This document shows, in pieces, positions 9,592 to 18,978 of a DNA stretch of 64,000 nucleotides (its first letter is position 1; each line of letters opens with the position of its first letter). The position numbers and the translations under genes were made by a program. The DNA is taken from contig JBBCKI010000028.1 in assembly GCA_037190965.1 (NCBI GenBank), positions 1 through 64,000 on the forward strand, given 5' to 3'. This DNA comes from Chthoniobacteraceae bacterium. Its GTDB lineage: Bacteria; Verrucomicrobiota; Verrucomicrobiia; Chthoniobacterales; Chthoniobacteraceae. Under the pieces are notes generated by a model, which made no database searches, was not told the origin of the DNA, and was given only the letters and a program-made list of their open reading frames with translations.

Positions 9592-10886
9592 TCTTTTTCC
9601 TCCTTACGATGAAGAGAGAGGATTCTGTTGATATTCGATTCCGCCTGGTTCAAAGCTTCTTCCGCTGTTACCTGGCGAAGGATTGCTTTTTTCTTCCAGT
9701 ATTTCCATTCCGCATCGATTTCCGCAAACGCGGCGGTGCGCGGGTTGCCTTGCATAGAGTCGAGCATTCGTAACAATTCGGAGAGATGTTCTGGTGGGGC
9801 AGGGTGTGCAGAGCGATACTCGTCGTGGAGCGACGCCAGCGTCGGAACGGTCTGCTGCATCGTCGACCGCTGAAAGGCGGCACCGGTCAAATGCCGGAGG
9901 AGTTTCCATGAGGCATCCGGATGTTTGCTGCTCCGCGCGATGCAGAATGCCGCACTGGAGGCCCATGCTGCTCGTTTTCCACTCCGCCCAGTCGCCACGG
10001 CCACGATGTCCCATTGAAACGGCGCGCGCTGGCGAAGTTCCGAGATATCCCAGCTATAGATGTCGATCATCGCTGTCTGCTGACTCAGGAATCCGTTGAG
10101 ACGATCGATGGTATCAGTATCCGCACCTGCGGGTATTAGCTTCTCATCATGAACCAGCGCCACGTTTTTCTTTAGCCATTCGACGCCGGTGGGGGTATTC
10201 AGGGCAAAATGCCTCTCATCGGCATCGAGAAGCGAAAGACCGAAGTAGCGATAGTCGAGATCCTTGAGCCCGAGTCCACTTTTGAATGGATGCTGATCGT
10301 TTCGCCGGTCGGTGAGTTCGCGCGCAATCGCAAGCATCTCATCGACGGTCCAATCTGCCTTGGGATACGGTACGCCCGCGGCATCGAACCAATCTTTGTT
10401 ATACGCGATCGCCTGCACATCGATCCCATAGGGGATCCCGTAAAGCTTCTCCCCTCGCCGATACCAATCGACCACCTCCGCACGGGTGTCTCCGGGAAGG
10501 GGATCGCTCGCCAGATAGGGGGTAAGATCGAGAAGGGCATTCCGCCCCGCGAACATGCCGAACCCTTGCCCCATCCACAAGACATCAACGGGCACCTGCC
10601 CCACCAGCATGGTAAGCGACTTAACGTAATAGTCCTTCCCCGGCGTCGTGATGATCTTTACTTTCAATCCGGGATTCTCCTGCTGGAACTGTGCGACCGC
10701 TGTCTCCACCGCTTTTCGGGTCGCACCGCCCGGTGAAAGAAGAACGAGATGATCGCTCTCTTTGCGCTGACATCCGGAGATGATCAGCGCAAAGAGGCAA
10801 ATGGCGTGCCTGGCGTGGCGAGAGGCTTTCTCGAAGATTGTCCGCATTCGCCTTCTGCTAAACTTTTCGATTAGCCTCTCATTCAT
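9588..10886 (-). CDS. Sugar ABC transporter substrate-binding lipoprotein
   Basis: Lipobox-like LIISGC, LLDLTPYL, YGIPY...AIAYNKDWFDAAGVPYP; adjacent to two permeases; start uncertain. Confidence 0.88.
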   Translation of the reverse strand: MNERLIEKFSRRRMRTIFEKASRHARHAICLFALIISGCQRKESDHLVLLSPGGATRKAVETAVAQFQQENPGLKVKIITTPGKDYYVKSLTMLVGQVPVDVLWMGQGFGMFAGRNALLDLTPYLASDPLPGDTRAEVVDWYRRGEKLYGIPYGIDVQAIAYNKDWFDAAGVPYPKADWTVDEMLAIARELTDRRNDQHPFKSGLGLKDLDYRYFGLSLLDADERHFALNTPTGVEWLKKNVALVHDEKLIPAGADTDTIDRLNGFLSQQTAMIDIYSWDISELRQRAPFQWDIVAVATGRSGKRAAWASSAAFCIARSSKHPDASWKLLRHLTGAAFQRSTMQQTVPTLASLHDEYRSAHPAPPEHLSELLRMLDSMQGNPRTAAFAEIDAEWKYWKKKAILRQVTAEEALNQAESNINRILSLHRKEEKE

Positions 10887-12142
10887 CAGAGCTGTGCCAC
10901 TCGTTGGGTTGCCATTGCATCGATGCTCACGGGGGCACTCTCGGCAAAGACCATTGCCCGGGCGTTGCGAATCGATACTTGTGACCCGGTGCGATTGCTC
11001 TCCTCCGCACAGATGGAAGTGATGGTTGCCTCAAGGCCTTCACGCAGGCCCGCGCGGACGTCTGTTTTGTTTCCCGCCACGGCAGCCCAAAATGCGTCGT
11101 TGATGTGGCTGTCGCCGCCGTTGTGCCCGCTTTTATCGTGCGCGATCTCGAAGCGTTGCCGTTCCCAGCCATCCTCGCGGTGGCGGCCGATGTCAACTTC
11201 GATCCATGACCCTTGGATATCACCGGTGAGTAGGCCGTTGCTTCCCATGATGCGAAGAAGGCGGGTTTGACGGGGTTGCCCAAAGGTCACGGTGAATGCA
11301 GTAAGAACTCCGTTTTCATATTCCACCAGTGCTGATTGATGATCAGGAACTTCGCTTCGCTCATTGTAGACGCTCTCATCGGAGGTCGATTCAAAAAAGC
11401 GTTTGATATGGGCGTCTCCATAATCCAACGCAAGACGACGGGTCACCTCTGCGTCGAAGCGCGCGTGTTGTTCCTCGCGTGGGCGTGAGATGAAATGGGT
11501 CCGTGCGGCAAAAGAGAAGACGCTTTTCGCCGGGGCTCCGGCAAGCAACGAGAGGACGTCAAAATCGTGGCAGCATTTCTCAAGAAGAACCCCGCCACTG
11601 CGAGAGTTCTGGAGTCTCCATCCCTCCCGGAAGAAGACGGAGGTGAGGGCCGTCCCAACGATTTCGTCGCCGTCCACCTGAAGGATCTGGCCAAGGATTC
11701 CGGACTGCACCAGTTCCTGCACCTTGCGATAGAACGGCGTGTAACGGAGTACGAACCCAACGAAGATCGTAGGCCGCTGCGAGTATTGGTAGGCATGCCA
11801 GATTGCGTGACAATCTTCCAGAGAGATGCAGATCGGCTTTTCAATCAGGATCGGGACATTCCATTTCAGCGCCGGGATCAGATGTTCCACATGAGCGTGA
11901 TTGGGGCTCGCAATGATCAAGGCATCCGCGGTCTCCCGGTTAAGCAGGTCGTGGGCAGAATCATAAGAGACGGTCTGCTCATTGCCGAAACGGCTCACAA
12001 AGAAATCGCGATTTTCTATGGATGGATCAGCAACCGCGGAAAGAGAGACGCGCTCTCTAAGGCTCTCTGGCAGATTTCGTAAGTAAGCGGTGGCACGCAT
12101 GCCACATCCGATGAGAGCGATTCGTAGTTTTGGTTCGGACAT
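10886..12142 (-). CDS. Gfo/Idh/MocA family oxidoreductase
   Basis: IALIGCGMRA, IEKP, GFVLRYTP, GGVLLEKCCHDFD, GHNGGD; start at MSEPKLR. Confidence 0.9.
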   Translation of the reverse strand: MSEPKLRIALIGCGMRATAYLRNLPESLRERVSLSAVADPSIENRDFFVSRFGNEQTVSYDSAHDLLNRETADALIIASPNHAHVEHLIPALKWNVPILIEKPICISLEDCHAIWHAYQYSQRPTIFVGFVLRYTPFYRKVQELVQSGILGQILQVDGDEIVGTALTSVFFREGWRLQNSRSGGVLLEKCCHDFDVLSLLAGAPAKSVFSFAARTHFISRPREEQHARFDAEVTRRLALDYGDAHIKRFFESTSDESVYNERSEVPDHQSALVEYENGVLTAFTVTFGQPRQTRLLRIMGSNGLLTGDIQGSWIEVDIGRHREDGWERQRFEIAHDKSGHNGGDSHINDAFWAAVAGNKTDVRAGLREGLEATITSICAEESNRTGSQVSIRNARAMVFAESAPVSIDAMATQRVAQL

Positions 12143-12155
12143 CGTAGAATGAGAT

Positions 12156-13451
12156 TTAGAGAGAAGCCACGCCAAGGGCGGAGTGGATGTCGATGATCGA
12201 TTGCGCGATGTGGTCGGCATCTTCTTCGGTGAATAGGACACCGAGAGGGATGGCAACGAAACGGCGTACTAAGCTTTCCGTTCGGGGAAAATCTTCCATG
12301 CGGTATCCCGGAGCAGGCCATTCTTTAAAGTCACGGAACGGGGATGACTGCTCGGCATGGGTGGAGCGATTCCGGCAATACTCCTGCCCGTAATGGCATT
12401 GTGTCCCGGTCATTTTCATGGAGATGACGCTCCGGGCGTCGAGCATCTCCTTGAAACGGATGGTCGTCTCCTGATCAGGAAGGCAGAAATAGATCTCAAA
12501 TCCGGAATCTCCCGTCGGGTCCGGGATGCGACGTAACTCCAAGCCGGGAAGGTCGGCAATGCGGCTGAGGATCCGGCAGCTTAGCTCTCGACAATACGAG
12601 CGAATGGTATCGAGCTTCCGGAGCTGCGCGAGTGCGACTGCCGCCGTCATTTCATTCATGCGATATTGTGCGCCACAGAATGGCGAGACTGTCGGATCAA
12701 CAAATAAAGCATGATGGGCGCGAAGGAGTCCCAGGTCATGCATTCTCACCGCGCGCTCATAAAGGAGCGGGTCACTCGTGACGAGCATCCCACCTTCGCC
12801 GCTCGTCATGGTCTTCTGATATTGAAAACTATAAATGCCCATGTCGCCCATCGAGCCGACGCGCTTCCCTTGGTAGAGTGCGCCCGGCGACTCCGCGCAA
12901 TCTTCCAGCACACGAATCCCCGCTTTCCGTGCTTCTTCCAGAATGGGGTCCATGTCCGCAGCCACTCCTTGATAATGAACCACAATGACCGCCTTTGTTC
13001 GGGGCGTCGTGAGTCGGGTGATTTCTCCAGCGGCCAAACAGAAGGTATCATTCAGTTCTGCAAGCACCGGAAGGGCGCCGACGCGCACCACGGCCGAGAA
13101 ACAGGAGATCCAGCTCCAGGCGGGGATGATCACTTCGTCTCCAGCCCCGACGCCCATGGCACCCAAGGCAACTTCGAGGGCTGCCGTGCCGCTGGTGACG
13201 GCGAGCGCGTATTTTGCGCCCATCATTTCCCGAAACTCTTTTTCGAGTGTTGCCGTCATCTTCCCTTGTTCGGCAGCGGGAAGGTCATAGGTGTACCGGA
13301 ACAGGTGTTTGCTACGGACGACTTCCAGTAGAAGCGCCTCCTCTTCTTTTCCAATGAGCAGTTTTCCAAGACCCAGAGTGGGGCGTGGTCGTAAAGGTGC
13401 GGGAGGGGTCCTGTCCAGGGCGCTGGGCGTTGCAGTCGTTGACGGATTCAT
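12156..13451 (-). CDS. DegT/DnrJ/EryC1/StrS family PLP-dependent aminotransferase
   Basis: VTSGTAAL, GAGDEVIIP, EDCAES, YSFQYQKTMTSGEGG (PLP Lys), YRMNE; ATGA overlap with upstream stop at 13448-13451. Confidence 0.92.
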   Translation of the reverse strand: MNPSTTATPSALDRTPPAPLRPRPTLGLGKLLIGKEEEALLLEVVRSKHLFRYTYDLPAAEQGKMTATLEKEFREMMGAKYALAVTSGTAALEVALGAMGVGAGDEVIIPAWSWISCFSAVVRVGALPVLAELNDTFCLAAGEITRLTTPRTKAVIVVHYQGVAADMDPILEEARKAGIRVLEDCAESPGALYQGKRVGSMGDMGIYSFQYQKTMTSGEGGMLVTSDPLLYERAVRMHDLGLLRAHHALFVDPTVSPFCGAQYRMNEMTAAVALAQLRKLDTIRSYCRELSCRILSRIADLPGLELRRIPDPTGDSGFEIYFCLPDQETTIRFKEMLDARSVISMKMTGTQCHYGQEYCRNRSTHAEQSSPFRDFKEWPAPGYRMEDFPRTESLVRRFVAIPLGVLFTEEDADHIAQSIIDIHSALGVASL

Positions 13452-14797
13452 GCTTGAGTATGGGCTAGGGAAACGGATGGCTGTTCGGAATGGTTGGCGG
13501 GATGGTTGGCGGGATGGTTGAGAAGCTTGTGAATCGCATGGCAAAGAATGCCCTCGCTCTCCGGGGAGCAAAACGCGTCGGACGGTTCATAGCCCCCTTC
13601 TTCATAAGATCGGCTCAGCGGAATGTATCCTGGGCCGCAGTCACCGTAGGCAGGAGTCACCACCATTGCGTTCGGTGCGAGACTCTGGGCATAAAGTTGG
13701 TATTCGATAAATGCCTCGCCGGGCAGACTGAGCAGGATGAACGCATCTCCAAGATGCAATGCGGATAGGGTGATCGAAATCTTCGCTTCACATCGGCGCC
13801 GGTAAGTGAGTGCCACGGCTGCACGGCTTTTGGCCTGAGTCGTCGAAGAGGCGGATTGGACCGTTTGTAAGAGCGCCACCTCGGTGAGATCTTCTCTCGG
13901 AGGGAGGATCACTTCCGATGTCCGCCATTCAAGGGAGGAGAGTGGATGGACTTCCGCATGAGATTCCGAGGCCCGCATGGCGTTGAAGATCCGTTCCGTG
14001 AAGAGCTCCCTATTATCCGCGAGGCCATCGTTATACTTTCCGGGTGTGATGTTCCCCGCGCATTCGGTGAAATAGAGGTGAGGCACCCCGTCTTCTTCCG
14101 TGAGTCGATCACGGGCGATGCCGGCAAAATCCGTAGTGACGATCCCGGTCCCATCGTAGCTCGTCGGATGCACCGCGTAGAAGTGAAGGGCGGCGATTTT
14201 CCGCGATCCGCTCCAAAAGCTGACGGTCTTCAGATAGGGATCGATCTCCCCTTCGGGCGCGGCGCGGAGTTCCGCATTGCGGCAACGTGTCCAACGGACC
14301 CCCTTGACCTTCCCATCAGGCCCGAGGACACGCCGATTGCTCGCGATCTGCGGAACCTTCGCCTTGCCTAGGCGGATATCAGTCACCTCCTGCGCATTCT
14401 CCAGAGAAGCTCCAGCAGATGCCGCGACGGAATGACGGACCTTTTCACACCATTCTACATCCATGATCTGGCAACAGGCATTTGCCTGATCCAGAAGTAT
14501 TTGGGCTTCACGATCCGGCCACGGTGCATCGTGAGCATGGATGCAATGAATGGCTACCCGATTGGGCTGTGTGCCCGTTGCTTCCGCGATGCCCTCTTGC
14601 CAGAGGCGATACTCGCCATTGCTCATCTCCGCCCAATCGAGAGCACAAAGCACCACGGGGAGTTGATCATTGAATGACAAGATGACGCCATTTGCTGATA
14701 GACGATCAGCAATTGCAGTAGAGGAAGGATACCAACCCGCACAAAGGGGATGCCCGATCGGCGGTGTGATATCAGAATGAAAGACGGAGAGTCTCAT
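13448..14797 (-). CDS. Second neutral ceramidase-like protein
   Basis: DITPPIGHPL, HCIHAHDAP, FYAVHP, TECAGNITPGKYNDG, LPGEAFIEYQL, AYGDCGPGYIP...EGGYE. Confidence 0.7.
   Translation of the reverse strand: MRLSVFHSDITPPIGHPLCAGWYPSSTAIADRLSANGVILSFNDQLPVVLCALDWAEMSNGEYRLWQEGIAEATGTQPNRVAIHCIHAHDAPWPDREAQILLDQANACCQIMDVEWCEKVRHSVAASAGASLENAQEVTDIRLGKAKVPQIASNRRVLGPDGKVKGVRWTRCRNAELRAAPEGEIDPYLKTVSFWSGSRKIAALHFYAVHPTSYDGTGIVTTDFAGIARDRLTEEDGVPHLYFTECAGNITPGKYNDGLADNRELFTERIFNAMRASESHAEVHPLSSLEWRTSEVILPPREDLTEVALLQTVQSASSTTQAKSRAAVALTYRRRCEAKISITLSALHLGDAFILLSLPGEAFIEYQLYAQSLAPNAMVVTPAYGDCGPGYIPLSRSYEEGGYEPSDAFCSPESEGILCHAIHKLLNHPANHPANHSEQPSVSLAHTQA
13488..13520. repeat. 12-bp tandem repeat (ggatggttggcg), about 2.75 copies, encoding NHPA-NHPA-NHS
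   Basis: gaatggttggcg ggatggttggcg ggatggttg read directly. Confidence 0.85.
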
Positions 14798-14832
14798 GCT
14801 GAAGGGAAATGAGAGAGTGATAAGAAGAATAC

Positions 14833-15558
14833 CTAGCGGTCCCAGTAGTAAAATTCGTCCGGGAGCGGATAGGAATGCTTAGCGGCATGCCCATCGTAGA
14901 AGAGAAGATTTATGGCCTTGTTTTGATAGTGAGGCCTGATGTAAGGACCGGGATCCCCCGGAGGGAACTGGACTTTGTCGCAACGGTTATTCCATTCGTT
15001 CGTGCTATCCTGCCACAAACCAAGCGGATATGATCCGGTATAGGCCACGTCAAAGAGCATGACATAGGTGGAGGGATGCAATACATCCATGACGGACCGT
15101 CTATCAAGCGGTGTGGGGAAGCTGAAGGGGATATAGTTTTCACCCCAATCTGAATTGCTGGTATTGAAGCGGTAGGTCCGCTTTTGTTTCGGGTTCTCGG
15201 AAGGATCCGCCGGACAACGAAAAACCGGCGCTTCCTCCTCTTCGCCAGTGAGGCCGAGATAAGGCGCGATCTGGCGCATCCAGCTTCGCTCAAGGGGTTG
15301 CTGAAGGACAATGGGAGCTTTCATCTGGTTCTCCCCCATCCAGCCCTGGATGGCTACTCCCAGTTGGCGCATGTTATTCAGGCACTTGGTCGAGCGCGCT
15401 TGTTGGGTGATCGCTTGGATCCCTGTTAGAAGCAACGCCGCGATGACAATGATAAGCGCTATGGCCACCAGCAGCTCCAGGAGGGTGAACGCGCTCACGC
15501 GTCGGGTTACATCACTTCTCAGATGACGGCAAGGTCTGGAGAGGCATCGGTGAGGCAT
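14833..15558 (-). CDS. Prepilin-type N-terminal cleavage/methylation protein with DUF1559/H-X9-DG-type C-terminus
   Basis: SAFTLLELLVAIALI, CLNNMRQLG, FRCPAD, HYQNKAINLLFYDGH; alternative start 15582. Confidence 0.88.
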   Translation of the reverse strand: MPHRCLSRPCRHLRSDVTRRVSAFTLLELLVAIALIIVIAALLLTGIQAITQQARSTKCLNNMRQLGVAIQGWMGENQMKAPIVLQQPLERSWMRQIAPYLGLTGEEEEAPVFRCPADPSENPKQKRTYRFNTSNSDWGENYIPFSFPTPLDRRSVMDVLHPSTYVMLFDVAYTGSYPLGLWQDSTNEWNNRCDKVQFPPGDPGPYIRPHYQNKAINLLFYDGHAAKHSYPLPDEFYYWDR

Positions 15559-15568
15559 GGCAATCAAG

Positions 15569-16225
15569 TCATTGTTGTGCATGGGGAGGCGGAGGGAAAC
15601 TGCCCTCGTTTGTCCAGCGTAGGAATATCCACTCCGTTATTCCACCAATCTCGTCCCCTGCGTCGCCAAAATAGAAGTGATTGGAGTTGACGCCTTCCGG
15701 AAGCGAATAGCCGGATGAGGTATGTTCTGGAGTCTCATTGTTGTTACGATAAAGCTCGGCAATCCCATCGTTGATCACGACGCGGTAGGTCATCCATTCA
15801 TCGCTCCCGACAGGAAAGCTATAGTATTTTCTGGAATCGGCGATCACGATATGGGCAGCGGATGTTTTGCCTGGCTGAAGTTCCCGGACGCGACACCTGA
15901 ACTCGACCGTCGTCGGACGACTGGCGTCCCAATACCGGTTGTGCACATCGCCCTCGACTCGCCAGACATAATTGGCTCCAGAGCTATTGTCGCTTGTGTC
16001 GATCACCAGGTGACTCTCTTCGATATAGGTACGGCCTTCTCCCAAGCCCCTCCATTGAGGAGCGAGTTCGTCGGGGAGCTTTTCAAACCGGAGTTCTTGG
16101 GTCCATTGGACATCCGCTTGTTGCGCAACGCCTGCCGGCGCGAGGAGGAGTCCAGCGAGCACTGAAACGGCCAGCCGCAGCACGCCTCTTTTGATGTTTT
16201 CCAAAGGGAATGGAGATGCGTTCAT
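15569..16225 (-). CDS. Secreted protein with ConA/lectin-like beta-sandwich; paralog of the PEP-CTERM protein at 18979
   Basis: Signal peptide ending GVA-QQ; motifs TVEFR, WMTYRVV..GIAELY, FYFGD, EWIFLRWTNEGSF shared with 18979..19737. Confidence 0.65.
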   Translation of the reverse strand: MNASPFPLENIKRGVLRLAVSVLAGLLLAPAGVAQQADVQWTQELRFEKLPDELAPQWRGLGEGRTYIEESHLVIDTSDNSSGANYVWRVEGDVHNRYWDASRPTTVEFRCRVRELQPGKTSAAHIVIADSRKYYSFPVGSDEWMTYRVVINDGIAELYRNNNETPEHTSSGYSLPEGVNSNHFYFGDAGDEIGGITEWIFLRWTNEGSFPPPPHAQQ

Positions 16226-17181
16226 TTGTTGGGATAAAAAACCGCCTCGGTTGCCTTACGATATGCGGCGGAAAGCTCGGTTAACCCTCGCGCCCGCACT
16301 TCTTTCATTGAATAGATCGGGAAGTTGTAGTCATTTTTTGACTCCAATGAATAGTTCACCACGCCCAGAAGCTCTTTTGGATGGAAGTATTCGTTGCGCA
16401 GTTGCGTGATCAGGTCTGCGTAGCGCCAGCGGGGAGAGACGTCATTCACGACGGCTTCAGATTGCGAGCCGAGCAACGCGGGGTCACGATAGATTTCCCA
16501 TGCGGAAGCCAATGTGCCGTCCGGTTTAAGGAAATAGAGGCCCGAACGAGAATCGATATAACCCCACTTCCCGTTCACCAGGATCTCCGCCACTAGATGC
16601 CCCCCGATGATGTGGATGATAATCCTGCCTGGCATTCCCACGGTTTCAGCCAGTCCCACTAACAATCGGCTCACGCCTTCGCATAACCCATCGCCTCGTG
16701 CAATCAACTGCTCCTCCGTGCCGCCAAACTGGATTGCACCGGGATCACTTGGATTTCGATAAATGTTCCTGACGTAGCGCATTAGTGCGAGTGCTTTTTG
16801 CTGTTGCGTAACGCAGTCTTTCGTGACGGAGAATGCGATCGCCTCCAGCTCGGGACGGCTTCCTGCGCGATATTTCGCAACCGGCCAATTATTGCCATAG
16901 ATGATCGGAGTTGTATTCTCATTCAGAATCGTCACCTTCTTTCGCAACTGAAAGTCGACGGAATCGAGATAGTTCGCTTCCATGAGGTGCCAGTTGGCCT
17001 TGAATGCGTCGCGTTGATGCGTATCGCGGATCTGCTCCAGTGCATCCCACCCCGAGTAGGGTTTTAGCGGCATGAGCTGATCTACGAGTTCCACAGTCTC
17101 AGCTGGCGCTTCGGCGGCGATGAGGGGCGTTAGTTGCGTCAGCAGCCCCGCTAATAGAAATGGCACGATCGACGGTTTCAC
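16222..17181 (-). CDS. Secreted transglutaminase-like (Cys-His-Asp) domain protein
   Basis: GDGLCEGVSRL, GMPGR, GGHLVAEILVNGKWGYIDS; GTG start overlaps upstream TGA; signal peptide. Confidence 0.8.
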   Translation of the reverse strand: MKPSIVPFLLAGLLTQLTPLIAAEAPAETVELVDQLMPLKPYSGWDALEQIRDTHQRDAFKANWHLMEANYLDSVDFQLRKKVTILNENTTPIIYGNNWPVAKYRAGSRPELEAIAFSVTKDCVTQQQKALALMRYVRNIYRNPSDPGAIQFGGTEEQLIARGDGLCEGVSRLLVGLAETVGMPGRIIIHIIGGHLVAEILVNGKWGYIDSRSGLYFLKPDGTLASAWEIYRDPALLGSQSEAVVNDVSPRWRYADLITQLRNEYFHPKELLGVVNYSLESKNDYNFPIYSMKEVRARGLTELSAAYRKATEAVFYPNK

Positions 17182-18929
17182 GGTATGATCGAGATGATTT
17201 CCGAGCCGAGATTTCGTGGGTCCTGAAACAGCGACCATTTCCGTACATACTCTTTGTCACCGAGCTGGTTCAGGGAAATGTGCTGTTCCGGCTCGCGCAT
17301 GAAATTGTTGTAAAGATAGAGCCCGTCGGCACCGTCGCGATAGAGCTCGGCTGCGCGATGGAGATAGTCTTCTTTTGTGTAGATTGTCTGCACCCCTGGC
17401 TGTACGCCGCTTTCCACCTCTTCATCGGTCAATTCCGTGTGGGAACTTTCGTCGATGAAATATTCGATATTTCCGTAGATTTTGACGTCGCTTCCCTTGG
17501 TCATCTCGACCCAGGGCTTGATGTCATACCAGATCTCCATATTTCCGAAAGCCTCCCCCGGTACCAGCATGTCGACAAGCCGCTCCTTGATCCACGTTTC
17601 GGGGTCATATCCGTAGCGGCGGGGACTGTTTGCGGGGAGGCGGATGCAGACACCGATCTTTTTGCCTAATGTTTTGCCCACTTCATTGAGTTCCGTGCGC
17701 ACTTCGCGAAGGAAATTGGTCATCACTTCGCATCGCACTTTCTGCCAGCGGGAGTCGCTTTCCGGAAGCCTACGAGGATCCTGGCCAAATTTCTTTTGGA
17801 AGGCGGCGACCATCGGCTCCTCGTATCCCAAGACATGAGGGGTGTGAAAATCGAGCGTCACGCCCTCGCATCCTTGCTCCACCAATTCCTTCAGAACGCC
17901 GAGCTTTTGCTGTCGGATCTCGGGGAAGGCGTAGCTCAATTCTCCGCGGCCTGCGAAGGGTCTTCCGGACTTGTCTTTTATGCCGAATTTTTCGTGGTTC
18001 TCGCGCCAGAAGGCACCGTTTAATGACCATCCAAAAGGGTGATCGCCGTAATAGGCATTCATCCGTTGTGCCCCCCAAACCGGTAATTGGATCTCTGCTC
18101 CCCGTTTCACGAGTGTCGGGTAGAGCGGCATTCCTGCATCCACCAGTTTCCGATAATTGGCGGCGGCGTTCTTCTCGAATTCCCGTGCAAAATTGACGAT
18201 CCCTTCGCCATAGAACTCCAGATATTTGCTGGGAAACTGGACCGTGCCACCGGAGACCGTTTGGTAATCCAATCGCTCGCAGTCGCTATCCTTGAAGCGA
18301 TCGATCTGGCGGTAGATTTCCTGTGGCGTCCAATCACTTTCACCAAATCCCTCACTAAAACCGTCGTTGTTATAGATGACGCGCCGATTTTTTGTCGGGT
18401 TGTTCTCATGTTCCAGAAGGGCGAGGTCTTCCGGGCTGAGGGAGCGAATGCGGATTCGCGTGATTCTCGTTTGTTTCTGGCCATTCTCGATGATCAAGGG
18501 ACCTTCGGCGAAATCGCCATAGCCTGCAAAGATTTCCTGGGAGACGAACTCCCCTTGCTTTGCCGGATTAATGGCATAGACACTTCCGTTGCGAATCGTC
18601 GATTTCGCCGGAAATGGCTCTTTCACTCCATGGTAAAAACGTGCATTCGGAGCCAGAGAAAAGCGCCTATTGCCCCAAGTGGCATTCAATCTCGGGCTCG
18701 GAGTGACCAAGGAAAGGTAGACGGCGTACTTGCCCTCCTGTTTGGGCTGAAACTTGATCGTCTCTCCCCCTTGAAGCTGAACACCGTACCCGTCTGTTTT
18801 GGCATCCGTTCGATAGTGGAGGTGATTGGTGGCCTCCGGTTTGAAAATCCGGAGATCACGGTAGAGATCGCCTTTGGCGAATACAGAGGAGAACGCCAAA
18901 ATAAGAGAGAGAGGGAGTATGCGAATCAT
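17178..18929 (-). CDS. Secreted glycoside hydrolase-like TIM-barrel protein (GHL10-like)
   Basis: Signal peptide; RRVIYNNDG, LSYAFPEIR, EGVTLDF, YDPETWIKERLVD, GADGLYLYN. Confidence 0.7.
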   Translation of the reverse strand: MIRILPLSLILAFSSVFAKGDLYRDLRIFKPEATNHLHYRTDAKTDGYGVQLQGGETIKFQPKQEGKYAVYLSLVTPSPRLNATWGNRRFSLAPNARFYHGVKEPFPAKSTIRNGSVYAINPAKQGEFVSQEIFAGYGDFAEGPLIIENGQKQTRITRIRIRSLSPEDLALLEHENNPTKNRRVIYNNDGFSEGFGESDWTPQEIYRQIDRFKDSDCERLDYQTVSGGTVQFPSKYLEFYGEGIVNFAREFEKNAAANYRKLVDAGMPLYPTLVKRGAEIQLPVWGAQRMNAYYGDHPFGWSLNGAFWRENHEKFGIKDKSGRPFAGRGELSYAFPEIRQQKLGVLKELVEQGCEGVTLDFHTPHVLGYEEPMVAAFQKKFGQDPRRLPESDSRWQKVRCEVMTNFLREVRTELNEVGKTLGKKIGVCIRLPANSPRRYGYDPETWIKERLVDMLVPGEAFGNMEIWYDIKPWVEMTKGSDVKIYGNIEYFIDESSHTELTDEEVESGVQPGVQTIYTKEDYLHRAAELYRDGADGLYLYNNFMREPEQHISLNQLGDKEYVRKWSLFQDPRNLGSEIISIIP

Positions 18930-18978
18930 AAATCATTCGGCAGCAATACCCGAGGGGGAAACGGCTGAGGGAGGCGGG

